NCBI RefSeq assembly: GCF_009914755.1
Contig: NC_060933.1
Origin: the human T2T-CHM13v2.0 reference genome, Homo sapiens
Direction: 5' to 3' (one strand)
DNA length: 64,000 nt
The notes beneath the pieces were generated by a model. The model ran no database searches. It was not told the DNA's origin and worked only from the letters and a program-made list of their open reading frames with translations. A program made the position numbers and the translations under genes. Of the stretch, positions 14,795-27,061 are shown piece by piece (position 1 is the stretch's first letter; each line of letters begins with the position of its first letter).

Positions 14795-14985
14795 AGGATC
14801 AGCTCTTCCACATATTTGCTGTGTGACTTGGGAAGGTTTCTTAACCACTCTGTGCCACAGTTTCATTATCTGTAAAATGGGGATAATAGTGGTCCCTACT
14901 TGATACAGCTAACACAAGGTTTAAATGAGCTGTTCCTTTAAAAGTGTCTCTGGCACATAAGATACGCTACATAAGTGTCTAACAA
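14795..14985 (+). mobile_element. MIR
   Basis: Core 'gctgtgtgacttgggaagg...cagtttcattatctgtaaaatggggataata'. Confidence 0.8.
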
Positions 14986-15419
14986 ACAAAAAACAAATGA
15001 GGTGACTTTGATTTCATGGTTTCTGACTGGAATGGTCAGAGGAAATAATGTGAACAAGAGGTGTGCAAATGGACCTGCTTGGCAAATTTGAGGACTAAAC
15101 TGTGCTCTGTTTAGGAAACATAACAAAGAATACAGTTCTATCGGCTGAAGCATTCCACCTGTTGCAAACACAGAGGAAACTGTCCTTTCATAGATTAGTG
15201 CTTTGGACACCTGCCTGCCTGCCATTTCTTCCTTGTCAAAAAAGGTTAAAATAGACCAACCTCATTAGTACCAGGAACATATGAATATGTTAAACGGTTG
15301 GTACAATGACTCCTATTCAAAAGTACAATGACTGAGAGGGAAACAACTACCACTCCTAGTTATTGCCATTCCTTCATTTACATGGGGCCCCATGGAGTTT
15401 ATTTAGGGCATACAATTGA

Positions 15420-15767
<348 letters not shown>

Positions 15768-17406
15768 CCTGGATCAGCAACTTTTGTACATGAGGCAGAC
15801 TGGATGTTCGGCAGAGCCAGAGTTCATACTATGCTGAACATGTCAGTAAAATACAAATTATCTTTGAACTGGGCTTTTTCTAATTCCAAGTTCTTCTCCC
15901 ACTTTCTTTAGCTTTACCTGTGTTCTAATTCAAATCCCTGAGAGTGTAATGACCTTCACCCAGACTATGGGTCACTAAGAATGTTCAGTGTAGGATGTTG
16001 ATCTTGATGTATTGAAAATGGCACTGGTTCTGCTAATTGTTGGTGGGGGACTCCTCTGGAAAAACATCTTGCATTACTGAGCACATTTCTTCATCAATCT
16101 TTATGAAATCTACCATTTCTCCTATACAGTCATTCTGAGTATCAAATGGTATTGGTAAAAACACTTCTTGGACACCAAACCTGGAATTGCAAACTCGAAT
16201 GTCTGTGGTGGCCAGAGAGGTAACATAAACATGTGATTAGCGGCAAGTGTAACATGATAGAGAGTGGTGGTGACTGTTGACAAAGTGGGAAGTGTATGTC
16301 CAGCCTAAAGACATTCAAATTCAAGGGTTGAAAAAAGTGATACTGGTGAAACAATATTGCCTAATGTCAGATTAGTTCATGGACGAGATTTGACCTACAA
16401 AACACCTGCTTGCAACTCTCGGAAATAAAGAGCAATGTGGTATGGTAGTGGGGAAGAAAATAGATTTTGGAGTTAAACTGGCCTATGTTGAAACTGGTGG
16501 TATGACCTCAAGTAAGTTAATGAAGGTCTTTAAGACTCAATTTTATGTATCTATGTCTCCAGGATTGTTATGAATATTTTAGAACAATGTAAACTTATTA
16601 CCAATAATTATTAATTGAAGAAGTTCAAGTCTTTCTACGTAAATATCCTGCTCACTTTATCTAGAGTGCTCACAGCAACAGTTTTCCCCCAGTTTATTCT
16701 TGTTCAAAGTGTTGAGGTTTCCAAGTGCATGCTGAAGTTAGAAAGATAAAAGCATGAAGATACAGTGGGTGAACCTAGAGGAAGGCTGCCAAGACTGCGC
16801 TGGCTTTGTCTGCATGTTATCCCATGCTCTGAGATCTGACCCTTGGCCTCCCAGTCCAGCAGTAACTTCATTATAACACTCAGAAATGAGGAGACACACA
16901 GTAATGAACTCCTGTGAAGTTCACATGCAAATGGGACATGAAGCCGAATGTCTATGTGTTTTTTTCTTTAGGGTGGGTATTGATCTCCAGGTGGAACTAT
17001 TTATATCCTTAAACCAAGGCAACTCACTCTCAATATTGGAGTGTCCAAGAAACTGCAGACATCTCACTTGGCCTCCCTTGTGCTACATCTGGTTGATTAT
17101 AGTTTTTACTTGTTTTAAATTTTTTAAAAATATATGTGATACTTTTGTGAAGGAAAAAAATAAAAACAAGAAAAAAAAGAACTGCTTTATTTCTGAATTT
17201 AGAACCAGACATTAATTCCTGGTTCAGACTGTCATGACCACAAGGAAATGAGAAATATTTGCTCATGATTTCTTTCAGATGCTTCAAAATATTTAGAAGT
17301 TTTAGGACTTTCTTTGGCCAAAGTCTGGCAGAGGTCATATATTTTCTCTGTTCCTGAGTCTGGGGTGGTAAAGGGAGGATAAAGAACAGCAGGAATCTAT
17401 TCCAAC

Positions 17407-17597
17407 TAGGGTTGGCAGATTTAGCAAATGAAATTTGAATTTCAGATAAAAACGAATACGTTTTTAGGATAGGTATGCCCCCATTCGAATTGGCAATATC
17501 TGCAATTTATGGGATATAAGTTACACTAACAAGCTACTGTTGGTTATCTGAAATTCAAATTTCACTTAACATCCTGTATTTTTATTTGGTAACCCTA
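17407..17597. mobile_element. MER53 (hAT family MITE, palindromic)
   Basis: tagggttgg...gtaacccta termini, inverted aaatttgaatttcagataa/ttatctgaaattcaaattt, 8-bp TSD attccaac/attacaac. Confidence 0.88.
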
Positions 17598-18087
17598 ATT
17601 ACAACCCACAAGGCAAAAGCCCTCATCAATGGCTTCCAAAAGTGTATATGGAGAGAGCGCTCTCTCTTTCATTAGTGTTGGGGGTGTTGTGGAGGTTGAG
17701 GAGGTATATTTTCTTTGGAGACTGATTTCTGGTAGGTAAGGCCTGAGCCTTGAGCACTAATAGCTGTTAGATCTCTATGGTCTTCCAGCCAACTATCATA
17801 GCATCTGGTGATGGGGACCAAAGAGGAGGGAGCTGAAGAAACCCTTCCCTCTATGTGCTTTTAGAACAGAGATGAGTTGCTTTTAGAGATAAAATATAGC
17901 ATATTAGGACAATCAAAGAGAAAGTGTCAGGATATAGAATAAATTATCTGGAAAATCAGAATTATGTGTGTAACCATTACTTATAAATGGAAATGATTTT
18001 GGAGACAATCTCCTCTCTTCCTATCATTTTACAAATGAGAAGACAGAGACTCAAAGCAGTTTCCTTTCTGGAATGTGATGGAAGGGA

Positions 18088-18225
18088 TGTGTCTGTGTGT
18101 GTGCATGTGTGTGCGTAAGCCTAGCAGTAGTAGTAGCAGTAGTAGCAGAAGGAGATGGTGAAGGAGAAAAAGGAGGAGGGAGAAGAGACAGAGGAGGAGG
18201 AAAAAAGGGGGGAGGAGGAAAGAAA
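18088..18225 (+). repeat. Compound low-complexity tract: (TG)n, (AGT/AGC)n, GA-rich
   Basis: Read directly from sequence. Confidence 0.85.
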
Positions 18226-18799
18226 CTGAGGCAAAAAGACTTGAAGTACAAATACCTCTCCACTACACCTGTCCTGCTACATGATTGTGGGTTTCTACAA
18301 CTGTTTTTCCTGTAACTTTTTAAAAACTTACATAAATAATACACATTCCTTAGAAAAATTCAGGATTACATACAAACAAACAAACAAACAGAAACCTCTT
18401 CCATGAATCCAACATACAGATATTACTATTGTTAACATTTTAGCGTATAAAGAAAGTACTTTGGTATGAAAGACCCAGCATTCATTCTGCCTTCTTCAGG
18501 GAGCCACACCCACATTTTGCTCTGGGGATAGCCACTCAATCAATGGAATATCATTTCTAGTGGGGCTACCAACCCAGGTGTCAGGTCCTTTGCTGGCAAA
18601 GCAGTAGGCAGGTGACCAAGCTGTGATTTCAGTCTCTAGCTAAGTGACCCTCGAAGACTGACAATGCTGGAGTTTCTTCCTCCTGAGAGGGGAACACTAA
18701 TGAGATCACTCATTGGCACATATCATTCAGACACCTGGAGCAGCTCTGGGTCCTGGGCCTCCTGAGAACTAATTCTTCACCTTTTCCTTCAATTCTAAT

Positions 18800-19234
18800 A
18801 CGGGAAATTGATTGTATTCTTGGCCTCAACTAGTGGCCTCCATACCATGCCCTGTGCAAGAGACAGAGGCCCATCAAGAACTGAAATCTAGTTCTCCACC
18901 CCTTGAATCTGGGATGCATTGCAATTTGCTTTAGCCAGTAGAATGCAGGAACAGTGAAGTGTGTCAGCTCAGAGCCTCAACTTCTAGAGGGCTTGTGTGC
19001 TTCCAGTCTCTCTTGGAGCCACAAGAACAAAACTGGTGTCAGCTGCTGGAGGATAACAAACCACTTGGAGGAGAGCACAGGAGTCTCAGCCAACTCTCAG
19101 AAGTAGAACCACCTCATGCACACACAGCTGACCTCAGATACATGAAGAAGACGACCTTATATCACGAGCTAAATACATGTTCTAAGCCTCGAAGTTTGAA
19201 GTGGTTTGTTATGCAGCAATACCTAACTCATACT
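18800..19234 (+). mobile_element. MLT1 (H/I-like) MaLR LTR
   Basis: 'ccaccccttgaatctggg', 'tttagccagtagaatgcag', end 'gtttgttatgcagcaatacctaactcatac'. Confidence 0.7.
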
Positions 19235-20563
19235 TGTATCAACTTCCACATCTTTCCAATAAATTCCTTTTTTGTGAATTTCTACAGCTACAAAGAACTC
19301 TATTAGACACTTTCCAACTAGTCTCTCATTCTTGTAACAGAATGTGATCATATCACACATGCTCTTTTGTAATCTACTTTATTTCACTTTGCAACTGATT
19401 TTGAGCATCTTTCCCAAACGATCAAATGTACACAGTTGAAGAAGGAAAATCTCCCAAATGCCACTTCTGAGCCTCTGCCCAAACCAAGTTTCATCATGAC
19501 ATTATGGCCACCAGCCAAAATGCCATTTGTAGGCAGGCCTAGCATGATCTGTTCTGTCCAGAAGGAAGTGCCTTTAGCTTGTTTCTCCATGAGATTATTG
19601 GACAGCACTGTGACTTTTCACAGCTTGATGACCAAGAAAAGGACACAGTCATGCCTGAGAGGTGCTTGAGAACATTAACCTTCCCAGGCACTGTTTACCT
19701 CTTTGGAGAAAGAAAGCAATAATTGCATTCAGAATGTTCTATTATTTTCAAACATATAAAACATATGGACAGCGAAGACAGAAAAAGAGATAGACATTCC
19801 CCATAATGATTTTATCTTCTGACCCAAAACTGAGTGATTGGAGCTCTCCAGTCCTTTTATTCCTGGTCATCCTATTTCCATTATCCTTTTTTTTTTTCCA
19901 CCAAAAGGCAGCTTTAATTTGAGATATTATTTGTTTGGCAGAGTAGGGCAAGGGGAGGGTGCAATGCCAGCCCCATAACTCTAGTCTCTAGTCTCCACGC
20001 TAATGAAAATACATTAATATTTTCCAAGGAAATTAGTGTTTGTAAAATGGATCCCCTGCAACTGTGCACACATTTCTATTGGAAGGAATTTTCTGAATGC
20101 ATGATCTGCTTTGATCCCTTCCAATAGGCACACAACTGTAGGTCTATTCTGACCTTGCTTGCTTTTCCTTTGGATTTGATTTTTTTGTTGATAACAATAA
20201 TTCCTATGGCATTTATCTCATTTAATCCTCATCAAAACTGCATGAGGTAGATATTGTTATTATTCTCCTTGGAATAAATTGAGGCTTAGAGAAGGCAAGT
20301 AAATGGTGTGAAGTCTTGTAGCTAATAAATGACAGAGCTGCGATCCCACCCTTGTTTGTCAAACTCCCAAATCAGGATGTTTTACCGTGATGTTTTCATG
20401 TCCCAATTCTTACTGAATTTTAAATACAATAAAGACATAAAAAATAAATCACCAAAGTACAGGTTACTTTTTTTTAAAGTAGGAAACAATAAGTGGCCTT
20501 AATGAGTTTCCTTCCAATCCTAAAAGAGTATGATGTTGAAATCCCTGTCTCTTTTCTCCCTAG

Positions 20564-20710
20564 GCAGCGTCTTCAGACTTCCAAATAAGCCTGAAGAGGA
20601 CAGGAGAGCGAGCAATGTCTCCCTGAATGGGACTACAGGGGACGCTGGTAACCGCACCTCATTCAGCAACTTGAGAAACATCAGCAATAATACTACAAGC
20701 AATCGCTTAG
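20564..20710 (+). other. Candidate coding exon, Asn/Ser/Thr-rich extracellular stalk-like peptide (49 aa, phase 1-1)
   Basis: Acceptor ccctgtctcttttctccctAG, donor TAG|GTACTT, open frame GSVFRLPNKPEEDRRASNVSLNGTTGDAGNRTSFSNLRNISNNTTSNRL, 5 CpGs. Confidence 0.45.
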
Positions 20711-20843
20711 GTACTTGACTGTGAGCAGGAATATGAGACAAGTGGAACACACTGGCTCTCATTTTTTAAAGATGATTTCACCTTAAGAGGTAAATACTTA
20801 CGGAAAACAATAAAGCACCTACAAGAAGAATTATGATACAGGT

Positions 20844-21085
20844 CAGCACTGTCCAACAGAACTTTCTGTCATCATGCAAATGTATTGTATCTGTGCTGTC
20901 CAAGATGTGACATATCCAATATATTACCCACCTATGGCTATGGAGCACATGAAATGTAGCTAGTATGATGGAGGAACTCATTTTTAAATTTTAATTATCT
21001 TTATTAGCTTAGTTAACTTTAATTAACTGAAATTAAAATTAAAATAGCCAAATGTGGCCAGTGGCTACCATATGGGATGGCACAG
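20844..21085 (+). mobile_element. MER3 (hAT-Charlie)
   Basis: 'cagcactgtccaacagaactttctg' ... 'aaatagccaaatgtggccagtggctacc'. Confidence 0.85.
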
Positions 21086-21258
21086 CTATAGATGGCCATA
21101 GAAGTATGGTGAAGTGGTCAGGGAAGTCCTCATCAAGAAAGTACATTTTGAGAAGCTTTTGAAGTGGGGTACAGAGGGAAGAAAATGCAACTGGATTGAG
21201 AAAGATGGGAGGAAATGAACAAAACACAAGGTTTGTTCTAGTAGAAGGCCTGGGGTTA

Positions 21259-21634
<376 letters not shown>

Positions 21635-21774
21635 TCAGCTCCAGCCAGTTATTGCCATACAGAAATGTAGGCTCAATGTTGACTATCTTCTTATTTTTTG
21701 GAGGAAGTCAGAAACTCCAATTTTATGTTAAGTCACCTAATTTTAAGTCTTGGCCACAGTGTGTGCTAAACATT

Positions 21775-22235
21775 CTTAGCAGATGCTGTTGGTGCTCCAC
21801 TCATATCCACTCAGCACTCCCCTCTGCAGGTGAGGCTGCCTAGTGTGACTGCCTTCAACTCTGCCTGAAGACACTGTGCACACACTTGACCTGCATTCAG
21901 CACATGTAGGAATGCTAAAACATTAATGCCCTTGGAAGCAGCTCTCAAACAATGAGAGGAAAGTATATAAATATGATAGATAGTCTTACCTTTCAGTTAG
22001 GATAGCTCTGAGATATGTCCTGTATTGCCTCCCAGAGTTTCCTTGTGTGACTGAGCTCCAGCTGCCACAGTACAAACTGGTAGATAATGTGCCATTCATT
22101 GGAATCCATCCCTTTTCCTTCTCACTCTCCCACTTGCCTGTATACTGATGTTTCCTGGGATCACCTCCCAATAAACTACTTGGACACCAATCCATATCTC
22201 AGAACCTGATCCTGGGAGGAACCCAAACAAAGACA
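21775..22235 (+). mobile_element. LTR16-family solo LTR (ERVL)
   Basis: 'agcagatgctgttggtgc' start; 'tcctgggatcacctcccaataaactacttg...ggaacccaaacaaagaca' end. Confidence 0.8.
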
Positions 22236-22927
<692 letters not shown>

Positions 22928-23124
22928 TGCAACTTATTTAGATTTTGTAAAAATACTGTCCGGGCCAAAGAAGCTATGCCTGTGGACCAAAGTCAGCTTG
23001 TGGAACACCAGTTTGGAAACTGTGGCCCAGATATTATTCCCTAGAGTTAAGGGAGAAAAATTTTGCTAGCAAGCCACCCAACAAGTTCTTAACTTGCACA
23101 GAAATAAGTGTGCCACATTTTATT

Positions 23125-23823
23125 CAATGTCCAAACACTGTACTGAGTGCTCCACGCACAGTGCTGCAGTGAGCAGCCTCTGGAGATGTGTGTGAAACAT
23201 GCAGATATTGCATGACTATATGAAATTAATCTATATGAAATTTGAAATGACTTTATGAAAATTGAATCAATTCTCCACTGACTGAGTTTATAATTTCACA
23301 GGGAAAATGATCATTTCATTTCTGATAGTTCTTACATGAACAGTGGGTCCCTAATCAGATAGCTGTGACTTCCTTCATCCTCTGTCAAGTGATTGTCTCT
23401 CAGTAGGTCATGTCAATGTAGCCCCACTTCCACCTCATCTTCAGCTCTTCAGCCTCTCCCCCGATTCCCTACGCTCCAGCCCCACTGCTTGTTTCTCAAA
23501 CTTGCCAAACTTTTTACACCTCCAGAATTTTGCAAATGCTGTTCCTTATTCCAGAAATGCATTCCTGCTCTCCTCTCTTCTCTTTGCTTCATTCTTTACC
23601 CAACTGGGTCCTTGGTATCTGCCAAGTCTTGGCATAAATATTCTTCCCTCATAGAAGCTTTGACTGACCACCCAAAACAAAGGGGCTTTTCTCCACCTAC
23701 CATTATTCCCGCTCCTTCTATCTATCATGATTCAGAACCATATCTGCATGTTTCACACACATCTCCAGAGGCTGCTCACTGCAGCACTGTGCGTGGAGCA
23801 CTCAGTACAGTGTTTGGACATTG
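23125..23823. repeat. Perfect 84-bp inverted repeat (23125-23208 and 23740-23823) with 531-bp spacer, within L2 sequence
   Basis: Base-by-base reverse complement identity 84/84. Confidence 0.95.
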
Positions 23824-23862
23824 TCAGAGCTCAAAGATATCTGTTGAATACATAAATGAATA
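23400..23862 (+). mobile_element. L2 3' end
   Basis: Pyrimidine-rich body, 3' 'gagctcaaagatatctgttgaatacataaatgaat'. Confidence 0.65.
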
Positions 23863-24573
23863 CCAAAAAAAACTCCACTGCTTTAAAGAAGTTTGTGTGG
23901 ATACCTTTTATAATTAAAATAACATCTCCCCATCTGTCTTGAAAGTTTAGTTAAACTTGATTAGGATTTAATGAAGAGAAATATTTATATATTGAATGCT
24001 ACCTGAGGCAAAGAAATAAAATAAAATTCCTCTCTTTATCTCAGAAATCCCTGAACTTAGTCTCTTCTAAAACTAACCTAGATAAAACTCAGTGTGATCA
24101 TTTATGTCAACAGGGGTGGAGAGACGAAAGCTCTTTGAAAAAGTGAAACTGATATTAAAATGCAAAATTTTAATTCCTAAAAGCATCATTGACCTAAATA
24201 ATCTAACAAGTTGCTCAGGGAGAAAAAAATAGGAATCAGCTTTGATTTTTCCCCACCCCTTCCAATCTCTCTGCCATCCTTATGAGCTGTACTTCCAAAC
24301 ACAGCTCAGCTTCACCTCTTGCCTCTTCCCCTTTTGCCCAAGATTGTGTCAATCCAAGCTGCTGAATGCGTAATGAAGCTGTCTGTCTAAGAAGCACAGT
24401 TACTTGTTTAGTTAGAAATGTAATTTTTGTTTTGGGGTTTTATTTGGGAGGGATTTTTTGCCAAGTGGTAGAATTTGAAAGTGTTTTCCCTATAGGAGGC
24501 AGATTCGGAAGTCTGGCCTACGACTCTTTTGGAAGCTGAAACTAATTAAAATATTCATTTTTCGCCTCTGTAG

Positions 24574-24698
24574 CTAAGACCCGGCAGGGGAGATAGCATT
24601 TGTTTTATGAAGGTGTAACTATATCCACTAACCTCTTGTGTGCCACATTCGGCATCTGCCCCAAGGCTGCCACACCTGCTCAAACACCTGCCCAGTAT
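24574..24698 (+). other. Candidate spliced exon (125 nt; stop codons in all frames)
   Basis: Branch-like ACTAAT 24541, acceptor ttcatttttcgcctctgtAG, donor TAT|GTGAGT. Confidence 0.3.
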
Positions 24699-24948
24699 GT
24701 GAGTATTTGGTAGAACAGTTTTTAATGGCTTACCTAAGGGCACCTAGGGTCACCCACCTTTACCTGAGGACAATAGAGTCTTGTTCCACATATTTATTAC
24801 CTATACACTCACCTCTGAGTGAAGTACTTTCCTGGTTTCACCTTCAGTGAGATCTGAAAAGCTATGCAAAAGACAAATAGAAAAAGAGAAAGAGAAAGAG
24901 AAGTTAAAAAATAGTTGTGTGTCATTAAAAAAAAAAAAAAAAATCACT

Positions 24949-25237
24949 GACCGGGCATGGTAGCTCACACCTGCAATGCCAGCACTTTGAGAGGCTGAGG
25001 CAGGCAGATCACAAGGTCAAGAGATTGAGACCAGCTTGGCAAACATGGTGAAACTCCATCTCTACTAAAAATACAAAAATTGGCTGGGCGCGGTGGCGCA
25101 TGCCTGTAATCCCAGCTACTCAGGAGGCTGAGGTAGGAGAGTCGCTTGAACCCAGGAGGCAAAGGTTGTAGTGGACTGAGATCACGCTACTGCACTCCAG
25201 CCTGGTGACAGAGTGAGACTCTGTCTCAAAAAAAAAA
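24949..25237 (+). mobile_element. Alu (AluSc-like)
   Basis: 'gatcacaaggtcaagagattgagacc', 'cctggtgacagag'; TSD (a)natcac. Confidence 0.94.
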
Positions 25238-25374
25238 TCACAGAGGTTGAGAAAGATACGAGAATATGTTAAGTGTCCTCCGTGCTTCCAGAGTGTCTAC
25301 AGAATCCTCAAAGAAGTGTAAAGCCATAAACCAAGACAGAGCCAATTTCAGCATTCACTGTTTTTGAATGGCAA

Positions 25375-25950
25375 AAACTAATAATGATGCTTCTTCTGAA
25401 TACTCAGTATGTCCAAGGACAGGCTAGATGTTTTACTTACATTATCACATTACTTCTCCCTACTCTCTACCATAGGAGACAGTATGAATATTTATGAATA
25501 TTTTGTTATATTTATTTAATATTCATTAAATATTTATGAATGCTTTGCAAATGAGGAAACTGGAGCTCCAAGAAGTCCAGTGACTTGGGAAGTAGTAATG
25601 CATGGGCTAAGAGCAGACTTGGAGGTCACATCATCTGTGCTGGGGTCCCAGCTCTGCTATTGACCAGCAGTGTGACTTTAGACAAATTACTTAATCTCAC
25701 TAAGCCTCTGTTTTGTCACAAAAGGGCAGTGGTAATAGGTAATGACCCACCTTACTTGTGAAGATGCAATGACTTAACACACACCCAATGCCTGGCACAT
25801 CATCTAACACATCACCTAGCACACAAGACATGCTGAACCAAGGTTTGCTATCATCCTCCTCAAAGATCACACACAGCTAGAGGGTTGAGAGCAAGGCTGC
25901 CAACCCTGGTTGTTTTATTCTGCTCATAAAGCTTCTGTATCTTCCACTTG
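25375..25950. mobile_element. MIR (-) interrupted by a second MIR (+, about 25595-25855)
   Basis: 'ttgcaaatgaggaaactggag' and 'cccagctctgctattgaccagcagtgtgactttagacaaattacttaatctc'. Confidence 0.65.
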
Positions 25951-26673
25951 CAAAAACTAAATTCAGAGAAAAATAATTGGAAATAGAAAAGGGTGGTCAA
26001 AGAGAACACCAGAACCAGAAGGAGGCGAAGACCAGTTCCTTCTGTATCTGGAACTTGCCCTATATGGGTCCTTTGCCTCCTATACCAGGCTCTGGAGGAA
26101 AATCTGTTTGGTGAGCTAAGAAGTATTTTTTTTTCTAATCAAGAGAAGTCTCTATAAGCCTTCTAGAATTCTCATCCTTGATGGTGAAAGAAATTACAAT
26201 GTGCATATTCTATTGTTACAGGCCAACTCCCCATTTTCTTTCCCCCAAGACTGCCTTTTCCCACACCTTATTCCTCATTCTCCCACCTCTCCACTTCTTG
26301 ACATTGGCCTGGTTCTTCAAGGGCCACCTGAAATCCCACCACCTCCCCAGTGAAGGTTTCCCCTTTCTCTGGAGGCTGAAACATTTATTTTTAGTTTAAA
26401 CATTTAATTGGTTTTCCTGTTTCATAGGGACTAATACCCCCCAAATAGATGATGTACTTCCTTTGTGTACTCCACAGGGATTGATACTAAGTTTCAAACC
26501 CAGAAAGTTCTAAATAGATATGCACTTTGTACAAATTATTGTTGAGAACTGGACTGATTGTAGCATTTGTGAAACTCCCACCTGGTAATAGGGATGCAAC
26601 TGAAAACTCGGCAGAGTTTTAAGCCTTGGTCCCCACCCTCAAGGTGCTTTCATCCGTAAAGAGAACAAAGCCC

Positions 26674-27061
<388 letters not shown>

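Noticed and set aside
14536-14811. Minus-strand ORF with signal-peptide-like start (MEELILLTALLCALIL)
   Set aside because: Starts at a non-ATG codon at a MIR edge; no supporting splice structure or homology
16130-16219. 90-nt exon-like segment (tacAG ... GAG|GTAACA)
   Set aside because: Open only in phase 2, incompatible with the phase-1 chain; splice sites modest
23393-23917. 174-aa ORF overlapping the inverted-repeat arm
   Set aside because: Lies in pyrimidine-rich L2, non-ATG start, no recognisable domain
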